This document shows, in pieces, positions 26,406 to 38,932 of a stretch of DNA of 64,000 nucleotides. The notes beneath the pieces were generated by a model. The model saw only the letters and a list, made by a program, of their open reading frames with translations. It did not search any database and was not told where the DNA came from. Every line of letters starts with the position of its first letter. Within the stretch, counting starts at the first letter, position 1. This DNA is from Marsupella aquatica (taxonomy: Eukaryota; Plantae; Marchantiophyta): assembly GCA_973895155.1 (NCBI GenBank), contig OZ316898.1, forward strand, positions 13,171,659 through 13,235,658. The letters are read 5' to 3'. Made by a program: the position numbers and the translations under genes.

Positions 26406-26501
26406 CCTCTTTTCCGTTCTTTGCATCAGACTTGGCAATTGTTGATGTTGGATGCCAAGTGGTTTGGTCTGGTTCTAAGTGTATCAATCTTTTTCAGGAT
26501 C

Positions 26502-29500
26502 ATGTCGAACAAATCAAAGTCGTCTGGTTTGACCCAGTCTTCACGGACAGCCATCGTCGATGAGATTTGGAAGAAAGACCTTTACACGGAGGAGAAACTC
26601 GTGAGGAATAGGTGGTACTTCAGGGATGCTCGGGCGATGGATATTCACAGAGCCTATGAAGGTCCAGCGGTGTGGTTGGTTATCGTTAAGGGTAAAGACC
26701 ATTGCCATTATGGATTAGTCGTGGACACCGGGGAGGCGGATATCACCGACTCAAAAACAAAACAGCTGAAGAAGATTCCAATGTACCTTTGCATTCTTCC
26801 GAACAATGCCTTCACTGTAGTTGTCCTCAACTATGAGAAACTTGATCGGGTCTCGATGAACACATTTCCTGATGACCCGATCTGCTAGCTAATTTCGGAA
26901 GTGCCAGAGATTGAGGACTTTTCTTATTGGTGTTTGAAATTTGTCTTGAAGTCTTGGAGGGTTGTTGAGGATTTTACGAAGGTAGCGTATAGGTCCGTTG
27001 TTGGAGCCGACTTTGGCGTCAAAGAGCGGCCTTTGAAGTTGAAAGTGACGAAGCCTACCGATCCGGCTTCGAAGTCAGGGGAGATGTCTGGAACACCCTG
27101 GACAAAGGAGAAATCTGCCACAGTTTCTTTTAAGGAACCGGCAAAGAGGAAGCTTGCAGACCAACTCTCTGGGGAAGATTCTAAAGTAGCGGTGTCAGGA
27201 GAAGCTATTGTCAAGAAGAAATTGGATCGACGTGACATCCAGAAGCGCGCGCCTTCTGCACCAGGAAGTGTTGTCTCATCTTTGGTCCCACCAATTTCAC
27301 AGACACCTCAGATTCCTTCAACTTTGTCAGGTGGGCTTTCTTTATCATCTAGAGGAGCTGTTAAAGAAAAGAAAAATGATTCAACAGATATCAATACAGC
27401 TTTGCAGCGGGAAGAGACACTTGTGGTTCGTGAAGAAGTGTGTCGGTTGATGGAGACTAAGCGAGTTTAGAAGACAACAGTTATTCTGAAAACAACTAAC
27501 CTGCTTCTTGTTGACGATATTGACGACGAGAACTCAACGTTGGTTCGAACATCCAGACTTTGATGAAAATGAATCCGACAAATTTCATGATGCCATTTGT
27601 CTTGTTTGTGATCCCGGAAGACTGCCCGACAGTGACAAATTGGGACCCAGAAAAGGCAGCAAGCTGGAGATATCGAGTGATTGGAGGTAATCATGGTGCT
27701 CGGGCCAAGAGAGAATTGTATCAGGCTTATGGGAGAGAGATCTTCAATGAACTCCAAACTTGGGTGTATGCTGGTCTCACAAGGGAGGACATTCAGAAAC
27801 TTAGCATCCAACATAATATTGATCAAGAGTACAGGAAAAAAATGAACAACATTGATCAAATCCGAACAATGCATAAGATTTTCCTTGCCAGAGGAATGGC
27901 AAAAACCAAGGAGACTAGAGAAGCGTGTGCGATGGAGGTTTGCCTGCCTCGACGGGTTTTTTCCGGGGGACGCCACAAGCCTGAAGAAGCATGAGCCTCT
28001 CTTCCAAATTGCGTTTAGGTCGGGTAAGGTCTGGGAACTCCAAGACCAGATCTTTGAGATGTGGAACAAGTTGGAGATCAAAGGGCAGAATAAGCAGAAG
28101 TCACCTATCAAGAAACTCAAGAAAGGAAAGGGAAAAGCGCAGTTGATTCCAAAAGCTTTGAATAAGCTTGCAGGGGGCCTTACCTTGACACCTTGGAGAG
28201 CAATCTAGGGAATTGAACACGACCGATTTTTGGAGTCCCTTCTTCTCCGAGTGAAGGACCGGATGATATCTTTGGAGCAGATGGCAAAAAAAGCCGAGAG
28301 TTACAAGAAACTTGTGAAAATTAGCAAGCTTTTTGTTCAGTTGTAAGGGCAGCAAGACTGGGCGACTTGCAAACGAATGTTTCCGATGGAAACAGAATTT
28401 GCCGAGCTTGAAAGATGGAGTGGGAAATTGTCCGATGTGGTATGTTCTCCCCTTCCATTGATTGGACTTTTCTATTTGTTTCGCCATGTTCGGAGGTTTT
28501 CTTCGTGGATTTCTTGTTGGAATGCGAAGTGGGATACGAAGTATCCCATCTCGGATTCACTTGTGCTTATTTGATGTTGGTGATATTTCAATGCGGTTTT
28601 TTCTTGGTTGAATGCCAAGTGGGATACGCGGTATCCCATCTCGTATTCACTTGTGGTTATTTGAAGTTTGTGATGTTTCAATGTGGTTTTTGCTTGGTTG
28701 AATTCAAAGTGGGATACGCGGTATCCCATCTCGTATTCAATGTGGTTATTTGATGTTTGAGATGTTTCAATGTGGTTTTTGCTTGGTCGAATGCGAAGTA
28801 AGATACGGGGTATCCCATCTAGGATTCACTTGTGGTTATTTGACGGTGGTGATGTTTGACTGTGGTTTCTGCTTGGTTGAATACGAACTAGGATACGGAG
28901 TATCCCATGTCGCATTCGTCGTCCAGATTTGATTGTTTGAATTCCTAAATGGTTATCTCCCCATTGTCTTTCCTCCAGATTCTTTTAACAAGTTTGTGTT
29001 TGCAGTTGAAAGCTTTTTCGAAGAAGAAGAACAAGGATGCAATTGGTGCCGATGCGGTTGAGAAGCCTACGGAGGAGCTGACTTTGAGTGTTATTCCCCC
29101 AGGGTTTAAGAATTATGTTCAAGAAGCAATTGAGAACTACAACCGTCGTCATGGGATTGAAACGGTTGAAGCAGAGTCGAGTGACCATCGATGGAAAAAC
29201 ACTGATGGAAATTTTATCAGATATACATTGCATTGTGGAGATGTCAGGGCGCTGGATAAGTTTGTAGAGGAAAGGAATTACACACTTGCAATTGCAGATA
29301 TTCCTTATGGATTCAATGCGCCTGGCTCTGAAAATGATGAGGTCCCATTTTCAGAGAGTGATATTGTGGATATGGTGAATTATTTTGCCAAGGTGACAAG
29401 TTCAAAGATGTGGAGGTTTGTTGTGATTCACTCTTTGCAGCAAACTTGGTCTGTGATGAATGCTCTTGGACAAACTTGTAACGCAGGTGTAGAGGCTGGA

Positions 29501-30115
29501 ATTTGGGAGAAGCCAAATGTACATGCTCATCCTTCCGGGAATCAATTGGCTTGGGCTTTTGAAAACTGGTCAATCGGATATTATCACGAGAGTGGTATTA
29601 GGACCAGAGACATGTACAATTTTGAACATGATGAGAAAAGGGTAAACATCATAAAAGTCCTTTGTGTTACAAAGAAATATGTAACACCATTGGGAGAAAT
29701 AGTGAACCCTTACCAGAAACCGATAGCTTTAGCAGATTGGTTCGTTCAACATTTTAGTGAAGCAGGGGATTGGGTTGTTGATTTATGTGCAGGGAGTGGT
29801 TTGACCTCATGCGCTGCCTTGTTAGGGAAACGTCCGGTGACAGCCATGGAGCTCAGTGCAAGCCAGGTGGATTGTATCCGGACCCGACTTGTCACGCTTG
29901 ATGAATCGTGGGACTTGAATGATGAAGCAACCGAGGAGGGTACAGGACCCATGAGCTTTGAGGTTCAACCACCTATTGGTGGTACTACGAGCACCCTCAC
30001 CACTGGAACTTGCATTATTACAACTGCGGAGGAGAACGACAATGATGAGGATGAAGAGGATGAAGTGGAACATGAAGCTCCGGCACTTGATCTTGGCTCA
30101 TTCCTTGAGGTGTAG
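26502..30115 (+). pseudogene. Element B ParB-like + beta-class amino-DNA-methyltransferase gene (exons 26502-28439, 29006-30115; ~1000 aa); MTase exon open
   Basis: YRVIGGNHGARA (~27670); splice GATGTG|gt...ag|TTGAAAGCT in frame; DIPY (29297-29308) precedes YQKP and DLCAGSG (~29780), which is beta order; acidic tail. Confidence 0.88.
28517..28920. repeat. Palindrome array type I x5, 90-bp period, in B ParB-MTase intron
   Basis: Cores at 28531, 28621, 28711, 28800, 28890. Confidence 0.92.
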
Positions 30116-30215
30116 ACTTAAGTTTGATTAGTTCTCTCATGTTGTATCTATTGATCCAAACTTGTGAAATATTGAGGAAGATTATGATTGGACTATGTTC
30201 TTATTTCACAAAGTA

Positions 30216-31139
30216 ATGTCTTTGCAGGAACCAAAGGATGATTTTGTATTGAAACATGTTCTGCATAGATTCTCACACAATCCTTCTAGTGGATTTCTTT
30301 TGGACAATAAAACATTGAACCAACTTGAACCCGGTCAATATTTGGGTGATGAAATAATGGAATTTTACCCACAATTAATAACCGAGGAACATGGAGATCT
30401 GGCTCCTTCAGTAAACACATTATCCTCTTTTTTTTACCCTTGGCTTGTTTCAAGGATTGAAACAGAACCAGCTGAGATCTTGTTGGAATCAATTCAAAAG
30501 ATGCGGAATTATTACAAGCCACCATTTTCCCAAATTGAGGTCATTCTCATGCCAATTCACATGAGCATGCACTGGAGTCTGGTTGTAATAAGTTTGGATC
30601 GGATTGAATCTTTGATCAAAATGTATCATCTAGACTCTCTCGCCGGTCTACACTCAACCCATGCAATTGGATCAATACTGAGCAGGTACGTATATATTCT
30701 ATTACATTTTTTCAATTTGAATTTATTTATGTGGTACATAAATATAAACACTTTGGACTAAGAACTTTGAATGATAATTTGCAGATATTTTACAATGGAA
30801 TGGGAATTCTTTTTTGCAAAAGTTCCAATGGGAGTTGTGGAGATATACAATCCAATGGTAAGGATTTGAAAAGTTATTTCAACTTTTATTTAGTTCAATT
30901 ATTAAACACTTTGGACTAACTTTAAGATTCTTTCTTAGGTACCTCAACAACCAAACAATTCGGATTGTGGTCTATTTGTTCTTCAAAATATGGACGAAAT
31001 CAGAATTCAATGGCATATTACAGAATGCCTTGATGCACAGTCTTTATTTACTGAAAAATGGTACAATTGTAAAAGAGCATGTAACCTTAGAAAATTCATT
31101 CGAGATCAAATTCTAAAATTGATACATGTACCTGTTTAA
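30216..31139 (+). CDS. Element B Ulp1/SENP (peptidase C48)-like protease, 3 exons
   Basis: LEPGQYLGDEIMEFY; HWSLVV; HLDS; last exon 30939-31139 VPQQPNNSDCGLFV; GT-AG introns at ~30686-30784 and ~30857-30938. Confidence 0.85.
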
Positions 31140-31150
31140 GGACATCAATC

Positions 31151-34100
31151 TCAATCCTCTGAGTGTGCAGAACCTCTCTCTAATATAGCAGACTCTATAA
31201 TTTTTTTAGTTTTTGCTGCTATTTGATTAGTACTTAAAAGCGCAAAGTTGTATGCATACACCGTTGTTGATGATAGAACTAGTTCATCTTGGAGAAGTCG
31301 ATTAGATATATTATCTTTCTCTGGAAAATATTTCCCATCAATAGCAAACTCAGCACTTGCCTCAGTTGTGTACCATGTGATTTTGATTCTCTCAGGAATG
31401 TCTGCAGTTCTTGTCAAAATCTTTGACACCTTTGCCATCCAAAACAACTTGCCTTCTGGATCCTTGTGTGCCGCTACACATATCATGGACCACTTATTGT
31501 TAACTTCCATATCTCTGAAATCTCCAAATTCAGCTTGCTTTTGCCGAGGTCCGGAGTACATAATTCTCTGTGGTCCAGCACCTTTGTCAACCAAAGTTGG
31601 ATCAACACCTTCTTCAACAAGTTCATTTCTCACCCTTGGAAGTAGTTGTGCACCTTGATTTTGTTGCGGCCAAACCCACTCAAATAACCACTCACCTTCC
31701 TCTAGGTGGGTTTTGACAATATCTTTTTGTTTCTCAAAAAAACTCATCCACCAAAGTTTATCTTCATTGTCAAAGTAATTGAAACCTTCCTGGATAGCTT
31801 TTTCATATTTCACCAGAGTAGTTAATGCACCATCTGTATTGGAAGAATCATGGACATCATCCCTCTCAACACCTTTTGCTGACTTCAGTGACATTTGTGC
31901 AACAACCCACATTCTTGAAGTTGGAATGTAATTGACGAACGTCACTGCATCTCCCCAATCCTGGGTCGTGGAAAGATGTTTCCCGTGAAATTTTGTCTCT
32001 TCGTTTCCATCCTCCATGACTCGTTTGAATCTGAATTGCCTTTGAAAAGTTATGAGATTGAGATCTCTCAAGACTCTACCTGAGACTTGCTTCTCATTTG
32101 GCTGGTCGTTTTCATTGACAAATTTTTGAAAATCGGCTACTTCATCCACAAATATGATCAAAGCTTCAGGTGAATATGCTCGTCGAATAATATCCTCAAG
32201 AGTCTCCAAGCGAAATGCTTTGTGCTTGTTTAACCTAGATGAAAATTTACTAAACATCTGATCTATCTGGTCATGTGTATGACCGACCAACAAGAAACCC
32301 ACTTTAATCTTGTCAAAAATCTTCAAATCTACTAACATGTGAAGATAAGCCATCAAGAATTTATTCTTGTTTTCCCGAGTGGTATTATCTAATTGAAGAT
32401 ATAACACTCTTGGTAATGTCCCATCCCATGTATTCAATACATTTTGAATAACATGTATGGTCAAGTTTGCATCATTATGGATATTGGGATATGTCAAAAA
32501 TACTTTTGCTACAAGGTTCCTGTTGAAGATGAGACAACCTACAACATGTATTGGAATGAAATACTTTTCATCCATGTTCTTTGGACAACGAAGAAAATGT
32601 GGTAGCTCTATTTTCTTTTGATCCATACCATCTATACAAATACCCAAATACTTGTTAGGCTCATCATAGCATTTTTTACGATGCTTGACTAACTTCATCC
32701 TTTCCAATGATTGTACTTTTTGATGCTCCATAAGGGCATTGATATACTTTCCTGAAATGATACAATAGCAATGAATTAAAAATCAATAACTAAGGATAAA
32801 CTTTGATAAATATTGAATTACATGTCATCAAATTAAAGTTGAAGGTTATAGTTAGTGGAACTTACTTTTATCCTCTTCAGTTATTGCTTTGTCCCAAAGA
32901 GCCTTGAATTCAGTACAAGGACCACAAGTAGAAAATCGACTCCTTTTAGGAATTTGTACATTTGGAAACTTTTTTTTCCAAACACGCAAAAAATAAGAAT
33001 ATCTAACTTGTTGTTCTTCTCGCAACATTGTTTCAGCTTCAAAGATTCCATGTATCTCTTGCTTTGTCCAATTGTCTGGCAAGTGATGAATCTCTTTATG
33101 GGGAAGACTATCCATATTTTTTTGGAAAAAATCTTTCAACCATTCCACCAAGTTTAGAAATGAAGGTGAGTCTTCCTTACAAAAGGTATCTCGTTCAATC
33201 CTTGTAAACATGTTTGCATGGATTGTTGCCAATCTATTATTACCTAAAGAATATAGTTTCTTGAATCCTCCTCTACATATAGGTTGTCCATTTACACTAT
33301 ATCCACGAGAAGTACTACAGTTGTTCATGATACAACCTCGTAGCAAAATATTTTTTTGCAAGTGTTTAAGACCAAAATAATACTTGCGTTGTTTTGAGCA
33401 TTCGTCTAGACCCAGAGACCTCAAGCAAAACTTGTCACAACAGGGATACTTAAAAATATCTTTAATTTTGCGTTTTTTTAGATTTGCAATGGTAAGTCTA
33501 TCTTTTCTAATCATCTGATCTCTGATTTTCGTGCTGGGTCTTGTCACCTCTACTCTATCCTGAATAGTGTCGGGAGAACTTACCCCCCCACTATTTTCTA
33601 GTGAATTAGAATTTAAAACAAAAAGATTTTTTGTAGAGTTGTTTCCACTCTCCACATTTTCTGTAACTGTTTCATGAACAATCTCACCTCCCAGGATCTC
33701 TTCAACAACATTTGAGATTACAACAGTCTCTCTGTCATTTGCAGCCTCCTCTGATCTCTCTTCAGAATCTTCTGAAAATGTAATAGGTGTTCGGAGATTT
33801 CTAGTTTGAAATCTTCTAATGATATTTACATCTTCAGTCGGAGTACCGCCCACTTGTCTCTGAGACTGTAATCCCAGCCTAGGTGATTCTTCTTGACTTG
33901 AGGGCTCATCTTGACCATTGCTTAATCTTTGGACAAGTTTCAATTTAGCATGTACCCTTGAATTTTTGGGCCCTCTCTCCGGCAGCTCACTTCGCAATAA
34001 TCTCCGAGGAATTTTTTGGACACTAGATCTCTTCCCTCTTTCGTTCTGCGCTTGCTGTCCAATGGAAGATCCAAAAACCTCACACTGCATCCTCGCCAAA

Positions 34101-35017
34101 GGGCTTCAAAGTCCCATGTTGTTAGTTTTACCACTCTGAAATAACTGATGGGAATACCGATTGGGATCCATGGATCCCAACTCGTATTCGTCCTTTGGGA
34201 CTTTGAAGTGAAAACTTTCCCACTTGCTGTTCTGCGTCATGACTTGGTAATTTTTTGTTGCGCAATACGAACTGGGATCCGCGTATCCCATTTCGCATTC
34301 CACCATCGGAACTCGGGTTGGAAGTCCGTAAGACCGGTGACTCGGGCACAGGATTCTGCAAAATAACACGAGGGAATACTAATTGGGATCCATTGCAGGG
34401 ATTCGTATTTGACCCAAGGAATTTGGTACTGAAGGAGACGAAATAGGTAATTCGCGTTCACCGTTTCTCAACATTCGAGTAGGGAATACCAAGTGTGGTA
34501 TTTGACCCACCAAATTTGGCTCCGAGGCTGCCCCTCCCTGCAATTCCGGCACATTTGGACTCCTCATTCGCTCAAACTGTGATTGAACACTGGACACAGC
34601 TATCTTCACTCCCGGAGAACGAGACATTGGAAAAACCAACGGAGATCTTTGGGCGGGCCTACATGGTAACGTTGTTCTTGGCATTAAAAACCGGGGCCTT
34701 CGCCTTTGAAGATCTGTCGGGGTTTGCGGTGAACCAAGTGTCTCTGTCGTAGGAACTACATTAGGCTTCTTTACAAGTAGACGTCGTTTAAGAGGTTTAC
34801 TTGGAGAGACATAGTATGAAATTGGAGCACCCACAACACTCCTACAAGACTCTGAATCAGACTCTGATTTCTCAGATTCTGAGGAAAATGAAATCTCTGG
34901 CACTACTCTCTGTGAGGCTGGTAATTCATTCATCAAACGAGATGGAATAAATTTTCAAACAACATCTGGCGAAGATGCATCTAAACTGTAAATTGACTCA
35001 TCACTTGAAGACGCCAT
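31151..35017 (-). pseudogene. Element B transposase (Sola-like DDD); 34099-31151 open across intron 32865-32752
   Basis: In-frame splice EDK|RKYINAL; CGPC; ICIDGMDQ, LQLDNTTRENKN, GHTHDQIDQMFS; N-terminal extension from MASSSDESIYS (35017) carries lesions. Confidence 0.9.
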
Positions 35018-36165
35018 AGAGAATCAAACAAGGGTTCTATAGGAGTATGTATTCGTATCCAATAGAGAAAATTCAGATTACAGTATTCTATGAAAACAAC
35101 TACTCAATACTGAACGAACCTCAAAGTAATCGCAAGAAATGAAGATGAAAAACAGATGCGAGCTCTTCCTTTTATAGTTTTCGGGGGCATTGGACACGTG
35201 GCATTCCCTGATTGGTCCGTACGAGGGTTTTTTCACGTGAGAGTCTGTCTTTTCAAAGAATGCTGAAATTTAAATTGTAGATTTTCAAGGAAGTCACCGT
35301 GGATCCCAGTTGGTCTTCAAACTGGAATATCAAGGTATGCGATGCAAAAACTTCAAAATGTAGAGGTTGAATACTAGATGGGATCCATGGATCCCATCTG
35401 GTATTCATCCTCCTGTTTTCCCGATCAGTTTTTGGACTTGCGAAAAAAATGGGATCCATGGATATCAGTTGGTATTCATGTCGAAAGATCTCCTGATGCA
35501 AAGTTGCAAGTGGAAAACATTGAGGTTGAATACGATAGTGGATACTTGGATCCCATCTCGTATTCATCATGCGTTATGGGCTAAAAAGTTTCCGGACATG
35601 TCGTCGGGTTAACTTAACTTACTATGTGGTTCGACTGTAGTCCGCGGTCAGTTTTTTGCAGTTTTCAATTTTACCGCAGTCAAAAATTCAAACATTTTTA
35701 ACCCGAGGTTAAATGGAAGCGTCAAGAGAATGATTTGGTGTGGTTTTTGTCCATGTTCAATAGTTGAATCCAAAATGGGATACGCCGTATCCCATTTTCA
35801 GTTTGCCATTTTGATGGCGAAAATGAAATCTTGTGTTTTACTCATTTTGTTTGACGCTCGGATTTAGCTTTTAGAAGGATCACGTGAAAAGCATTGTTTT
35901 TCCAGGTTTTGGAATTTGCACTTTTTTAGATGAAGTGTATCGGAATTCTAGATTGTGACAATTCTGTGTTTTTTCATCGACAGTATCTCGATTTGAAATC
36001 CGATGTTGGATGCGATTTTGGATTCATCCTCAAAATAGCCTTTTTGATCTTAATTTTAGTGATTTTTTGCCGTTTTTTGCGAAATCAAAAACACACTTCT
36101 CGTTTGGTGGTCATACTTCTCGTTTGGTGGTCATACTTCTCGTTTGGTCCGTCACTGTATTTTGT

Positions 36166-37926
36166 GGTCCATGTACCGAATTCAAGGCTCTTTGAGACAA
36201 AGCAACGACAGAAGAAGATAAAAGTAAGTTCACTGTAACCTTACATTTGTGTCTAACTAAGATAGTGATAAGTTAGACACAATGATGAATAGGTAATTTA
36301 TTGATTACGCATGATTGTATTATTGCAGGAAAGTATATCAACGCTCTTATGGAGCATCGAAGAGTACAATCACTCGAGAGGATGAAGTTGGCAAAGCATC
36401 GAAAGAAATGCTATGATGAACCCAACAAGTATTTGGGTATTTGTATTGACGGTATGGATCAAAAGAAAACTGAGCTACCACATTTTATTCGATGTCCAAA
36501 GAACATGGATAAGAAATATTTCATCCCTATACATGTTGTGGGTTGTCTTATCTTTAATAGAAAGCTTGCAGCAAAAGTTTTTCTGACTTACCCCAACATC
36601 CACAATGATGCAAATGTCACCATTCATGTTATTCAAAATATTTTGAATACATGGGATGGGATACTGCCACGGGTATTATATTTTCAATTGGATAATACCA
36701 CTAGGGAGAACAAGAATAAGTTCTTGATGGCTTATCTACACATGTTGGTAGATTTAAAGGTTTTTGACAAGATAAAAGTTGGCTTTTTGTTCATTGGTCA
36801 TACGCATGACCAAATAGATCAGATGTTTAGCAAGTTCTCATCTAGATTAAACAAGCATAAAGCATTTCGCTTAGATACTCTTGCGGATATTCTACAACGG
36901 GCATATTCTCCTCAAGCAGATGTAATTTTTGTGGATGAAGTTGCGGACTTAAGAAAATTTATGAATGAGACCGACCAACCAAATGACAACGGAGTTTCAG
37001 GTCGAGTTTTGAGAGATCTTAACCTCATAACTTTTCAAAGGCAATTCAGATTCAAGCGAGGCATTGTAGATGACAACGAAGTGACCATGTTTCATGGGAA
37101 ACATCTATCTACAACCTCTGATTGGGGAGACGTGGTAGCATTTGTCAACTACATCCCCACTTCAAGAATGTGGGTTGCAGCATAGATGTCACTAAAGTCA
37201 GCAAAAGGTGTTGAACGGGATGATGATTTGATGGACTCAAATGGTGCATTATTCATTCTGGTGAAATATCAAAAAGCAATTCAAGAGGGATTCAATTACT
37301 TTGATGATGAAGATAAACTATGGTGGATGACATTCTTTGAGAAGCAAAATGATGTTATCAAAAACCACTTAGAGGAGGGTGAGTGGTTATTTGAATGGGT
37401 TTGGTCACAACAAAATGAAAGGCGTGGACTTGGTGGTGTGTCAACAAATCAGATTTTGAAGTCCAAAGATGTTGACCCAACTCTAGTTGATAAAGTTGCA
37501 GGACCACAGAGTATTATGTACTCAGGTCCTCGGCGAAAGCAACCTGAACTTGGGGATTTCAAAGATATGGAAGTGAACAACAAATGGTCAATGATATGCG
37601 TAGCAGCACACAAAGATCCAGAAGGCAAGTTATTTTGGATGGCAAAGGTGTCAAAGATTTTGACAAAAAGAGAAGACATTCCGGAAAGAATCAAAATCAC
37701 GTGGTACACAACTGAGGCAAGTGCTGAGACTGCAATTGATGGAAAATATTTTCCAGAAAAAGATAATGTATCTAATAGACTTCGTCAAGATGAACTTGTT
37801 TTGTCGTCAACAGCGATATATGCATACAATTTTGCGCTTTTGACAAATAACCAAATAACAGCAAAAACAAAGAAGATTATAGAGGCTGCTATTTTAGAGC
37901 GAGGTTCTGTATCTTCAGAAGATTGA
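36166..37926 (+). pseudogene. Element A transposase, 3' catalytic part (DDD, Sola/DUF7869-like)
   Basis: GPCTEF resumes after TSD TTGT; intron 36224-36328; ICIDGMDQ, FQLDNTTRENKN, GHTHDQIDQMFS; premature stops. Confidence 0.9.
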
Positions 37927-38871
37927 GTTTCATTTACTATGTAGACTCTATCTCTGATCACCTTTTGCAGGTGACATGCTTGTGTGGGGTTGTACCAATC
38001 TCTTGTAAATAAAGACTCTGCGGATATAGATTTTGAATTATTCCATTGAACTCTAATTTGATCCATGTTGTGTAGGACAAATAAACCACAATCTGTGGTA
38101 TTTGGTTGTTGTGGCACCTGAAAAAAACATGGTGTATTTTAGTATAATTCATAAATATGTTTTTCAATCCAAAAAGAATTAAAAATCAAATAAATCACAT
38201 ACCTTTGGATTCCATATCTCCATAACACCCAATGACACTTTTCCAAAAAATAGTTCTCATTCTATTGTGAAATATCTGCAAGTCATTGAAAGCGATTCCT
38301 TAGTCAGTAGCATTTATAATCACATGAATTAAATAATCTCATTTGAAAAACAAATAGTAGAAGATAAAGTTAAGTCTTTCACCTTTTCAGTGCCGATTCA
38401 ATTACACAAGTTTCATGTAGACCAGCAAGTAAGTCTAGATGATACATTTGGATCAAAGATTGAGATCGATCCAAACATATGACAACCAAACTCCAATGGC
38501 CACTCATGTGAATTGGCATAAGAATAACCTCAATCTTGGAAAATGGTGGCTTGTAATAAGCTCGCATTTTCTGTAAAGATTCTTTAATTAAGGGATTCAT
38601 GTGTTGGTTCTTTTTCAATCCTTGAAACCATCCAAGGATAAAAAAAGGAGGATAACGTGTTTACCATTGGAGCAAGATCTCCCTGTTCTTCTATTTGGGA
38701 CTCTGGGTAAAATTCCATAATTTCGTCACCCAAATATTGGTCGGGTTCAAGTTGTTCCAATGTTTCTTGATTGAGGAGATGACCAACAAAAGGATTGTGC
38801 AAAAATCTATGAAGAACACTTTTCAATTCAATAACCTCCTTTGATGGATCCTGCAAGGACATTATTGTCAC
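37785..38871 (-). pseudogene. Element A Ulp1/SENP (peptidase C48)-like protease, 3 exons, frameshifted
   Basis: YLGDEIMEFY, SSFFYPW, HWSLVV, HLD, PQQPNTTDCGLFV (H-D-Q-C catalytic set). Confidence 0.85.
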
Positions 38872-38932
38872 ATAAGAACATATAAATCTATTTCAATATT
38901 TCTGGAAGTTCATATACATTTTGGGGGAAATC

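Larger units (their letters stand above)
18710..36161 (-). mobile_element. Element B: sister family of A (~12.2 kb excluding D), inserted in reverse into A's transposase
   Basis: 4-bp TSD TTGT (18706-18709, 36162-36165); 35-bp TIR AACACGGTGACGGACCAAACGAGAAGTGTGACCAC with 3 mismatches; removing it restores FSTCGPCTEF. Confidence 0.95.

Noticed and set aside
28415-28932. Short ORFs with repeated KWDTRYP / MGYAVSH peptides (also 26099-26563, 42465-42988, 44614-45029)
   Set aside because: Translations of the intronic DNA palindromes in several frames and on both strands; not genes.
28949-30115. Bacterial contamination or a restriction-modification locus
   Set aside because: The gene has spliceosomal introns conserved in two copies and is nested by TSDs within plant retrotransposons; no endonuclease partner is seen.
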